A stretch of 64,000 nucleotides of DNA. Origin: Lingula anatina. Its lineage: Eukaryota; Animalia; Brachiopoda. The notes under the pieces are model-generated. The model was not told the origin of the DNA. It was given only the letters and a program-made list of their open reading frames with translations, and did not search any database. Within the stretch, counting starts at the first letter, position 1, and every line of letters begins with the position of its first letter. The stretch covers positions 7,200,954-7,264,953 of the forward strand of contig CM120644.1 of the NCBI GenBank assembly GCA_051362555.1, given 5' to 3'. Position numbers and translations under genes: made by a program. Positions 37,252 through 48,700 of the stretch are shown piece by piece.

Positions 37252-37975
37252 TTAACATGTCAGAGGCTCATAAATCTCCGCGTTAGCCGTGTGGACACTG
37301 GAAAGAACATTCTGGTACTCCGACGGCTCCCTCTCCAATGTTTGGTACGGTCCAGTTTGTCCATCGACCGTCGTGTTGATTTCTTGAAGTGCCGGGGACA
37401 TATTGTGATTGGCCTCCTCAGTGGACATTCTACCTTGCCGTTTGTTTAAACCTCGGAATAGAACGAGAACAAGAATGGCAAGGGCTAAAATAGCCAGTAT
37501 GCAAATGATTCCTAGGCCTAACGCTGCATATACGTCATTGGGTTTACTGTTGTTTTGGCGTAGGTTTCTTGAAAGTTACTCTTAGAGTTCTCAGTATTGA
37601 CAGACTTGGTTGTCAATACCTGTGGTTTAGTTACTCGACCGTTGAGCCCTTTTCCAACTGTAGTGACGTAAGCGGGTTGCGCAGTCTGCTGCGCGCAGTC
37701 ATTAATATCCAACGAGACGTCTTTCAGGGTACAATCATCGACGGGGAAGCGGGTGATGCCCATTCCCTTAAATTCCATGGGGCTGTAACATATGGCCTGG
37801 TCGGTGTCAACGTCCATGTCACCAATTCTGACAACACGCACCCAAGCCACCTCACAGTCACAATGAAATGGGTTCTTGCCAATACGCAGTCTTCGCAAAC
37901 GAATTAGAGGTAATATGGTGCATTTGCCCAGACTTCTAAGCTGGTTGCCCTCCAAGTACAGAGTTTCCAGATTGT
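37252..37975 (-). pseudogene. 5'-truncated, frameshifted LRR / LRR-CT single-pass receptor
   Basis: LETLYLEGNQL, LRRLRIGKNPFHCDCEVAWV..CYSPMEFKG, T-rich stalk. A 1-nt frameshift near 37527 leads into AALGLGIICILAILALAILVLVLF (TM) and a tail with YQTL, YQNV, YEPL ending at TAA 37254-37252. Confidence 0.8.
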
Positions 37976-38561
37976 TTTCGTATTTAATATAGAGAAATTC
38001 AACATGAAGTAGTGTGTAGATTTTAATTTCCCTTACACTTTCCAACCCGGAACTTATTTCAATATGCCTACCCGTCGACTCAGAAATCACAAATTAATTG
38101 TCATCAAGTCAGACTAGTACTGGGTGATTTGAACCCTCACTCTGAGATATAATGATCTTATATTTATCAAAATAAAACAGATCTGTAAGATGCTTTCGTG
38201 CTACTTTTAAGTCTTAAAAACCACACCCACATAGTACTTGTTTAATGTGAAGTCAAAATAAATTTTACTCTCAACGGGAATAAATAAACATTACACAGTA
38301 TATTACTAAATTTTTATCTTTAATATTATCTAATTTTTTTAAAAATCTTGATATAGAGTCTTGAAACGTTGAGCTCTATGGGGAGGACACCTACCTCGAG
38401 ACCAGTGGACAACTTGGTCAACCGATTGTACTTTGACAATATTCCAGAACAATGTTAATCTCACCACCTCATTTACATTCGGTTGTACATTGATCTAATA
38501 GGCATTACATGTATGTCACATGCGAAAGGGTACGGAAACTTGTACCATAAATAGAACACTC

Positions 38562-38770
38562 AGGCTCCATTCACAATACAACCAAAGTTGATCCGCGGAC
38601 CTACAGATCCGTAGATCAAATATGGTCGACCCACTTGAAAGCTTACCGCGAAATCCCCTTGGGGAACCTATTCACTGTCTATTAGGGTATAATGCGACAA
38701 GCTTTCGAGGTCAGCCATATTTGATCCTCGGATCTGTAAGTCCGCGGATCAACTTTTTCTGAATCCAACC
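38562..38770. mobile_element. Palindromic MITE (GATCCGCGGA family)
   Basis: AAAGTTGATCCGCGGAC.TACAGATCCG..GATCAAATATGG is mirrored at the right end; related to 39458-39648. Confidence 0.7.
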
Positions 38771-39457
38771 TTAGAGGGGTGAAAACTCATTTCCTCATTA
38801 TGAGGTTCCTGGTACTTCATATCACATATAGACAGCAGAAACACACGTGGTTCTTACTTCCTGTAGCTTTACCCCTGTATGTTGTATAAATGACGTGTAT
38901 GGCAACAGTGTTTTGGTTGTTGATACAATGTATATTTAGTCCCTTTGTTATTGCGTTTTATAGAGATAATAGACAGCACCAGAGCTTCCCCACAGAAGGT
39001 GGTGCCCCCTTTCTCAAACAATCTTTTTCCTTTATATTTAACCCCCGTCGTCTTTCAAAATTTTATAGAAAAAAATGAGGGTTAATGATAGAATGGGAAT
39101 GAAGGTTGTAACCGCAACGTCGGTCAGTTGCTAAATATAAGTTACAAATTATCGGAGTTATTCAGATTTCTCATTCTTATTCAACTGGATGACAAACAAG
39201 ATTCACTCAGTAAAACGTCTGAAGATTTAATCTTGTGGTTCAGCAGCTAGCCTAGGCAGGTAAGAGGAGTATTGAAAGGGCAAAAGTGATAGGATTTTTT
39301 AACGTGAACTTAATATATACTGGTTTATTATTTTGGTGCCTATAATGTAACAGCTATACTTACAGTTCCGACTGCGAATATAGCAAAATACTATGTTTCT
39401 GACCGCAATACTAGTGCTATGGATGATAAGAAAGAACTAAAGTACAATTACAGCAAT

Positions 39458-39648
39458 GGGCGCATTCACGGGCAGGTGATCCTCGAACTAACTAGCCCGC
39501 GGATCATATACGTGACGCACTTGACAATAGATTAATGCCTCCCACCGTCCCTGCAGGGACAGAGCAATTAAATTTCGGCATGCTTTCAAGTGGGTCGCAC
39601 CATATTTGATCCGCGGACTAGTTAGTCAACTGGTTATGAAAGCGGCCC
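39458..39648. mobile_element. MITE (GATCCGCGGA family) with apparent 2-bp AT TSD
   Basis: GGGCGCATTCA...TGAAAGCGGCCC; the paralogous site near 41268 reads CAATATCG without the insert. Confidence 0.75.
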
Positions 39649-40390
39649 ATATCGCGTTGACATCCATTCACTTTCTCCGAAGTCTATCTGAAAATAAACA
39701 TTGATGTATATCTACATGTACGCGTCTCTATGTACACCATTAAAAACACCCACGGCTCACTTTAGCACCCTCGAAGCGGACGGAAGAGATGAACCCATGT
39801 TAGGCTACATGTACAACATACGTAACATGTGTCTGTTTACGGTGTAGCTACCGGTAGTTTAAGCTGTTATTGAAGGTATGTAGGTTACTCGCCGTAAAGC
39901 ATTTTTATTTTTGTGAGAAAAGTATGGTTTAGACATCAAAAGTATGGTTTAGACAATAACTTGCATCTGAAGTCTTTATTTGACGAACAAAAGACATTTA
40001 ATTGCACCAAGTGGTGCTTTACCCACCGCTTTTACCCACCATTATTTTTCATACTCACTTTTGTTCAGTCAGAGTGTAACCTTACTCTCTACCCGAGCGG
40101 CAGATTGATTTTTCACAGATATTCACAGATATGTCTCTAGATAAATAGACATTCATTTCGCCGTTTCATCCGTTTTACCCTATATAATCTGCCACCCTGG
40201 TAGAAGGTAGGGTATCCGCCTGAAATTGGAAACGATAACCTGTGCCACTATGCCGATTTTAGTGTGCATCGAAAGGCTTGCCAAATCGGTTCATTAGTAA
40301 TCTCAGCATCCGTGCTTTATTTCATGGGCACGTTTGGGAGGAAGAAAGCCAATTAAGATATGCAGTTACTTGGTTCACACATTATTTTAA

Positions 40391-40593
40391 GGGTGCATTC
40401 CCAGAGATTTAGATTTAAATCGACCTAATTCCTGGGGGTTCACGCTAAATTGCCGTCAGCCGTGCGCGCACATTGGTTAATTACCCCCTTACAGCTTTTA
40501 GTAGGCGGGACAGACGCTTAAGCCGGCTAAGCTGACAGTAATCTAGTGAGACTCCCCACAGGGATAGATCGATCTAAAATCTATGGCAATGGG
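40391..40593. mobile_element. MITE (CCCATTCCCAGA family), second copy
   Basis: Colinear similarity to 20709-20918; imperfect TIRs. Confidence 0.72.
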
Positions 40594-41081
40594 ATACTTT
40601 GTGTAAAAGAGACAAAATGCCAGAATCACCAACGAACTCATAGCACATCCTCCTTATGACGCATTACCTAGAGGAGTTCAAGGGACGAAAGTTAATCAGC
40701 TTCTCATCATGACCAAGGTTTCGGGTCTTCTAATCCCGCTGTGTGTAACACACTTACATATAGACGGCAAATACATAAGTTGGTAATTACTTCCCGTAGC
40801 TTTGTATTAAACAATTGACACATTTGGGAATAGTGTTTTGGGTGCAAACTGATGCGTCAGTTTTTTCACTGCAGAGTATCATACATAGGCAGGTACATTG
40901 GATACAGAAAGTACCGTGCGGATCGAGCCCCCCCCAACCCCATCTTTTCTACCACTGTTTGTATATTTACAACGGTACCCCCATATTTTCCAAAATTCAA
41001 TATAAAACTAGGATTAGATAAAGAATTGGAAGTCCCTTGATTTAATATCGTGGTTTAGCAGCCTTAGCCTCAATTATGTTA

Positions 41082-41104
41082 CAGGCCCGTAGCTAGCCAA
41101 TTCA

Positions 41105-41135
<31 letters not shown>

Positions 41136-41144
41136 ACGGGCCTG
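41082..41144. mobile_element. Collapsed MITE, CAGG..GTAGC family, 5-bp TSD (TGTTA)
   Basis: CAGGCCCGTA...TACGGGCCTG around a poly-T run, TGTTA on both flanks. Confidence 0.75.
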
Positions 41145-41792
41145 TGTTATTAATATATTCTTTGGGTACCGATACTATGTTACTACCTCACTCGCAGTTC
41201 GGATCACGAGCATAGTTCTGCTAACTGGTGCTACTGATGATATGACAGTACTGAAGTACAATTATAACAATATCGCATCGACATTCATTCAGTTCTTCTC
41301 CGAACTCTATCTGAAAACAAACACTGACGCATATCTTTGTGTACTCATGGTCGAATACCAACAACACCGTTAAAGTCACTAACGTGATCACTTAAGCATC
41401 CTAGAAGAGGACAGAAAAGATGCTTGGCTACATGTATAGTGTGCCAGTGGTTAGTTTAAGCTTTTATTAAAGATAGATTCTTTGTCGTGGGGCATGCATT
41501 TTACTTTAACGTAGCTTGAGAAAACCAAGCAAGGAACGTCTGAAGATTTTATTCGAACCGGACGTACAAAAGACGTCGAGTGCATTAAAGGCTTCCTCTT
41601 ATCACGACTCGGATCAGTCACGTGGTACCTGAATCAGAAAAATATACGCTAATATATTAGACTGGTGAAAATACGGACGTAGCTATGCTTAAGAGAGACA
41701 TTTTATTGTTTATATTGCTATTTCATAGTGGTAAGTATACGCACTGAAGCTTATCCTAAAATAAATGGGAGTTTCAGTGGATGAGAGGCGAC

Positions 41793-41823
<31 letters not shown>

Positions 41824-43147
41824 TGTGCGCGCGAGCGAGCGTGAGTGCGTGAGCGGGACTGTAAGTGGGCACAGGCATTCAGCGTGTGTGCGATAAGGGC
41901 TTCTGACTGACAACGCGTTTATCATCTTTCAGGTTTAAAAACATATCTCAATGTATGAAAGTAACACAATTGCCGGTAGATCAAGGGATATATTGTCTCC
42001 ATTTTTGAATTCAATTTTTCAATAATTTCATGTTTATCACATCGTGTATAAGATCGAAAAACTCGTGACATGCAATTATACACGTTTCAACACTGATGTC
42101 GTCCTTGGCTCATTCTTAAAATGTATGTTAGATGTTAGAGCCTTATCAGTAGGGCACGGCTTGTATAAACAGATGCACAACTAGAGTTTATAACTGAATA
42201 TGACGTGTAGTCTAGCTGTTTTAATTCCAAGGGACGAAATACAAAACGAACATCAAACTTTTACCGGCTTGACATTAAAAATTCATGGTTGCTTAAACAC
42301 TCGCTCGCTCTCTTTCTCTTTCTCTCTCTCTCTCGCTCTCGCACGCACGCACGCACACACACACACACACACACACACAGAACTTCTTTTTTCTATTTCG
42401 TTGTAAAAATACACATCACCCATGTGCGCGAGCAAATGTATAAATACAACTTTACATGCGTGTATAGTGCTGGGGTGTCGCATGTAGCAAGAAACATGTC
42501 TTCTAGGAAAAGCACCAAAGGTTACACGATATTTATTTGTCCCTGGGTTAATAATTAACCAATCCCTGCCAAGGTAATAGACTAGCTTATAGTTACTGTT
42601 TAAGGATACTGTAAGCACTGTGTATTATCATCCAGGTACCGAAAATGAGTGTTTTTCTGCCCCCAATTATTCAAAACAATAACCCCTTCGAAAATATAAG
42701 AAATTGGCGTTTATATTTCTCGTTGCTATGTATAGGATATATAAATGACGCCATTAAATTGGTGTTAAAGCGATGTTCGTGAGTTTTCAGGTAAAGAAGA
42801 AATTCAAGAAACCAATTTTACCATTTTTACCCAAAAATCGCAATTATGACGTCACTCGTATGATTAAATCTGCGTAAATGTTTATTAATTTAGTCAATGA
42901 GCACTAAAGATATCTGTTATCCTAATGTATGTATGAAAGGCAGTAAATAAGGAGTATTAGACAAACGCTTTCAGTATCCTGAGTTTTTATGGACGTAATA
43001 GAAAAATTATAAGAAATGAGACGAGGCATGCATTTAAGAAGATGTCTACAATTTGTTATTTTAAATGCGGAGGACACGGCAAGCAATTTCAACGGTTTCG
43101 CAGGTTGTAAACGTTTATCTTTACTCTACTTTACTTTCTATTTACAG

Positions 43148-45340
43148 TGGGAGTAGGCGGAAGTAGCGTTACACTAAGTACGCCCAACGCTACAATAAAT
43201 CAAACCACCACAGGAGGCGAAGCTACAACAACAAACACATCCACACTGCCATTCAGCAGTACCTCCAGGCAAACTTCATCTCAACCTCAATCGAAAGACA
43301 CAGCCCCTGGAAGAGCCACAACCTTGCAAGCGGATATGACGTCACCTAGAAACATGACGTCACCAGGGTTCACGCGTTCTTTTGGACCCATAAATGGACC
43401 TCCCGGTAACATGTCAATTCACAGTGCCTAGCGGGGAACAGCATTATTTGCAAAATATGAAAATTTGGTGGGATTCAGTTGGTGTTGAAGTGGATGAATA
43501 ATGCAACTTTATGCTTCCTCATTTCCCCCTTTTTTAAATAAAAATTGGCAGCACTTTTTAGTCCATGAAGTACAGTATTGTTTCATTAACTTTCCAGGGC
43601 AAATAACAGCTCATGCGTAAAGAATTACATTTCTCTGTGATGATTAATTTTTTTATTTAGTTCTACCTTTACGATCTTTATACAACTTTGGTGCAACCCT
43701 GTAACATCCTCAGCTTAAGCATGGTGTTAGTCAGAAACTTCAACAAGGGAATTTATTGCAAATGGCATTCTTCTAGATCTAAATAGAATACTGTCTATTT
43801 CAACTGAACCTGTTCAACTTCGGGCTTTGATGAACTAAATGAAATAATTGCAATCGGTGGATAGGGGAGACCGGGGCTAGTTGGTCCCCTTATCAATTAA
43901 TGACAAAGTAAATATGGGGTAAAAGAATTGATCACATCATTTTGTAAAGTGACCGTATCCAATAGTGATAAGAAAGCGTCGGCAGTGAGTCCAAATGAAA
44001 TAATTTAGCATCTTAGCATATTAAAGAGATTTAATGGGGGGGGGGGGCAACTTACCCTGGGGTCCAGCTAGCCCCTGTCTCCCCTACTGGCTTAACTGGG
44101 TGCTTGTAAATATAGTGTCATGCGTCGTCTCTTCAGAATAGGGGGGACTAACTAGGGGTAACTCCTCTATTGCACTGACAGCTGACATTGTTTACTTTTC
44201 CAGAAGATGACTGCAGCGGTCACGTGGCTGGCATCATAACGACATCCCTCCTCGCCGTCGCCTTTGCAGTGGTAGCGGCTGTCTTTGCACTGAAGTAAGC
44301 TTTGACACAATTATTTCATGCCAGTGTAGAACTTGTAGGACACTTATATGTGAGCTTGTGTTCTGCACTAACTTTGATCTTTAAATTGAGTTATTTTTGT
44401 ACAATTCGAGGAGCACAAACGTCCTCCAAGCACAAATGAAAAAGTTTAATTACATTTTTTTTTTGTAACTTTTCTTCAATTTGTGACATAGGCTACTACA
44501 TGTAGTGCAGTGCACACATTTCAAGCGGTCACTCAGATAAGTTAACAAAATGCTCATCATGTTGATGAACCATCTTTCAAAAAAAAAAAGACATTTGTAA
44601 AAAGATCCATAATTCTCACTACATCTTTCTTAAATATAAATATAGTAGAATGTAGTTCTGTCCAAAGTATCCATAGGCCTATTTATATAGGTTCGTATAG
44701 GACGTCCTATAGAAAATTGGCCCAAAGTCCTATGGACATACATATCGGACGTCCGACAGAATTCTTAAAGAGTCCCATAGACTCCTATAGCATTTCTGTA
44801 AGGTATAAATGTTATTTATATGCCGACCTTTATTTTCAAAAATTCAGGTGGCGACAGGCAGTACAGCACGGTGGTCAGACACCCCCGCCCCCCATCGAAA
44901 AACCGTTCAGTTTATCCATCGGAAAATCCGTAAACGCAGGCACGACTATCAACACAAGTGGTGTGAACTATGAGGTATTACCCAACGGCAGCTCAAAAGA
45001 TGGCCCTGTTGCTTACGTCAACATGGCAAATGGCGGCCATGAACAGCCTGCAGATGGCGCTAATTATAGTAGCGCAAATGAAGTTGTAAACGACACCAAT
45101 GCGTCGGATGATGACCCGATATATATCTCAGTTAAAGAGCAGGGTGATCGACAAATAAACTTCAAGGACTACGCCGACGCTAGGAGAGATTTTTACGCGA
45201 ATTCAGGGCAGAGACATGAAAGTATTGGACCGGAAGACGTATATGAGAACGCTTCTGAAATGTCGCGCGGAGCTGATTTATATGGGAACACTTTTGATTA
45301 CAGTGAAAACGAGAAAACTGAATACCTGCAAGTATTTTGA
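43148..45340 (+). CDS. Mucin-stalk single-pass membrane protein with Tyr-rich tail (transmembrane-adaptor-like); exons 43148-43405, 44204-44294, 44848-45340; 5' exon(s) not identified
   Basis: S/T-rich phase 1-1 exon, TM exon VAGIITTSLLAVAFAVVAAVFAL, last exon with 10 tyrosines; splice phases consistent. Confidence 0.75.
43864..44084. mobile_element. Tc1/mariner-superfamily-type MITE, TA TSD
   Basis: TA|GGGGAGACCGGGGCTAGTTGG ... CCAGCTAGCCCCTGTCTCCCC|TA. Confidence 0.78.
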
Positions 45341-45791
45341 ATTAATCGTTTTAAATAATTTTCTTACAATCTATTATTTTAATATTTAGATGAGTGTATA
45401 TTTTTATCTGATATGTTGATGAAAGAACTTGACGATGTATGCACTAAGTACATGCCATCCGTGTAATAGCAATAAAGAATGCTTATTCTGCAAATTGCTT
45501 GCTGAGTTTCATTTGTGTTTACGGATGGAATACTTTTTATGTAAGGAATTTGATGAACAAGCAGTTAGGCATGTACGTATTATAATTAAGTTACATAAAT
45601 TCTTTGAGAACAATATTCAGCTGAAGAAAATTATTTTGACAATTATCTTTGTCATTTAATCAGTGAATGCAGCAAAGATCATTTATATAATATAATATCA
45701 CGACTTTTATTTGATAAATTTGGAAAAGTAATTTTTTTGCAAAACAAGTAGCTTAACTTCTTTGAGTAACAAGTAGGACGTCAGCATTAGT

Positions 45792-48700
45792 TTATAAGGG
45801 TGCCTTGGACTCTGAGCCCAAAACTGTATATTTAGTGAAGTCTTTAGAGCCAGTAGACGGTTTTTTCCTCCAGATAGGGCTGCATCCATTATTGCTTTGA
45901 CTAGTTATCACAGACTGACTGACAGTTTGGTCTTCACGAGGACTTAAATCCCCAAGTAATGGCACTTTGGTTTCCTGGTCGTTGTTTAATTCTTCGCCTG
46001 CCGGTAACGCGAAGGCTTCATGTGTTGAGCACGTGGGAGAATCACGTGACGGTAAGGTGTTTTCGTTGAGAGTCGGGCTTGTGGTCATATCACGTGCTGA
46101 CTGCGTGACAGAATGGGTACTCCTGTGAAGTGATTCGCCATTCTCTTCGCTGATGTTATGAATGTTGGTTTTTGAGTCTGGAGCACCTCCAATTTCCTCC
46201 TGTATCGCGTCATCCCTGAGAGGCGCCGATGACCCGTATCTGTATGTGACCTTTTCACGGCAGTTACAGCTGTCAGTGTAATTTGCGGAACACAGAGAAC
46301 AGTGACGTAACGTAATTGCGCTACCCACAGACTGATGACGTTGGCCAAATGTTTGTTCTGACTGTCCGCCATATGATTGGTTCCTGAAGCTCAGCGCTGT
46401 GGACATCGTTCCAATGGTGCTTCTGCGAGACTCTCGTCTGACCTTATGACGCTGAGCTGATTGCCGAAGTTGCCCAATAACCTTAAAGAATAAGTTATTA
46501 TGATTTTCAATTTTTATGTAAATTTTGGGAAAAAAATCTTACACAGGTTGTAAAACGTGAAAAGTATACAGTTTGAACATGAGGGTCACAGTGTTTGTTT
46601 TTATACCTACTATTATTGCCCTGTTTCTCTTTAAATTATCGAGATATTTTAGCAGAAGTCACAAACAAAATTTCAAAAGACACTGTACATTGTGCTATGA
46701 ATTTAAAGATGTGTTATATGGAGTAGGTAACCATGTAGGCCTATTACTGAATGGAAATTTCACATCTTACCTCCCCATTAAAAAAGCAGAAGATAAGTGC
46801 CACCAGAAACCCCTAAAACATACAAATATATCTGTTCAAAATATAGCAGAATACAGCAGCATGACCAAAACTCTATAAAGAATACTAATTAAATACTGAT
46901 AAACTATAGGTCTAACAAAAGCATTTATGAAAAGCAGCTGGTCTGATCTTTTTAAACAAAACTTTTAATCTGCTTTGTTCATAGATAAACCATTATTTGT
47001 CCACTTTGAATTAAACCAAAGCCTCCGCATTAGTGCCAAAAACCACTTTGTTAAAATGGCTGAACAGACAAAATTTTCCGTCTTAAAATTTAGAACGACT
47101 TTCATTGTCCAAGTCAGTTTAGCCAAGGTCCTTAACCATACCAAATGCCACCGTTCGCCCTCTAAAATCCCAAATATTTTCAGGTCCCTTCACCGTGCCC
47201 CGAACCCCACGCCAAGAGGGGTGGGGGGTCGGATTCGCATCCACGGACCCCCCCCCCCCCCTTTCAAATACCAAATATTCATGGATTCGCCCGTGTTTAC
47301 CTGAGTATTGGCGAGAACTGCCGACAGTATTTCGTACCAACTAAAGTCTACATTCTTTTCCTGAGGTCGGTAAATGATAGCTAAGAGCTGCAGTCCAAAT
47401 AATGGCACCAGAACAAAAGTGGCCTTCAACCCGCGCCTGGAATACAGGGATTTAGTAGATGATTATGATTTTTTTTTTCGGATATTTTATATCAGCTGGC
47501 GTCTGAATGAACATGTTTTCCTACTAAGATTTCATACCTGGAATATTAAACGTATGAAAGACAATGTGTCGAAGAAAGATTTGTTGTCTTGGAGCGATCT
47601 TTCTGTGGGATAATATGCACAAGGGTGGATTTGTGTGTATGCTATCTCCACTCGGCAAATTTGGCCTCACCCTTTGTAAAGCGGTTGACAATAATAAGCA
47701 CTTTGTTCAATGAAATAGTACAAAAGTAGCCGAGTGACTTGATATAAACTAGATAAACTACAATAGTTTACTTATTAATATCGTGAGTGCAAAAGGCTTA
47801 AATGCGGCGTCAGCGATAAATAAAATGTGAGAACAAACTCGTGTCAGGTGAGATCGCTGACGGGAATGTGTTAGGTGAGACGACTTACCTCATATCACAA
47901 TACAACCCCATTGTGCTTGTTAAAACCAGGGAATTATACCGTAGACGATATACTTCCATGTTGAAACAACACACTATACATTTAATATTATCCGAAGCTT
48001 ACCTGTAATTACTGGGCTCGTTAGGATGCCGCTGAAGTTGTGTGAGTAGAATACGTAGAATGTTGCACAAAAAGAACAAATTCATCTGAAAATATAAAAT
48101 ATTGATTTTGCATAATCCACCTCTGAATCAAGCAAGGCCAATATAAAAGTGATCTTGAAGAAAATGATTGTGTTATGGTTTGATTTTTGATACTGAGCAG
48201 ATCAAAATGGCCAGGATTTCATTACCAATTTTGTTTTAGATTTTGACAAAAGTCAAAGACATTGTTAGCAACAGTCGCCATACTAGCATCTAGTATTAGT
48301 TCAATAACACTTTTGATATAAACAATATACAAAATTATCAAGAGGCTGAAAACGTCATCACGCAATAAAACATCCCGTATGCCCAATGTTATAACATTGA
48401 ATCATTTTAATAGCCAAAGTATCGAGTTATTTCCCAGTAACAGCACAAAGGCACATCAAACATTCATCACTTTCCTGTGCTCGGTAACAGCTGTGAGAGC
48501 ATATGTATGTTATCGTTGAAAATTCAGCATTTAGTTGTAGACGGGTTTCATATTTTATTGCGTAATAACTACTCATTTATGATATCGTACATCACACTAA
48601 ATGGTGTCTGAAATTTGAGGTACACTCAAAATTTTGTTCTGAGATAATAAAAATGATAATTTGCCATTATGTACACTTCATATCGACCGATAGATTAAAT

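Noticed and set aside
42960-43105. Candidate first coding exon of the mucin-stalk gene (possible GC donor near 43079)
   Set aside because: No convincing signal peptide or clean open frame; cannot be supported without transcripts.
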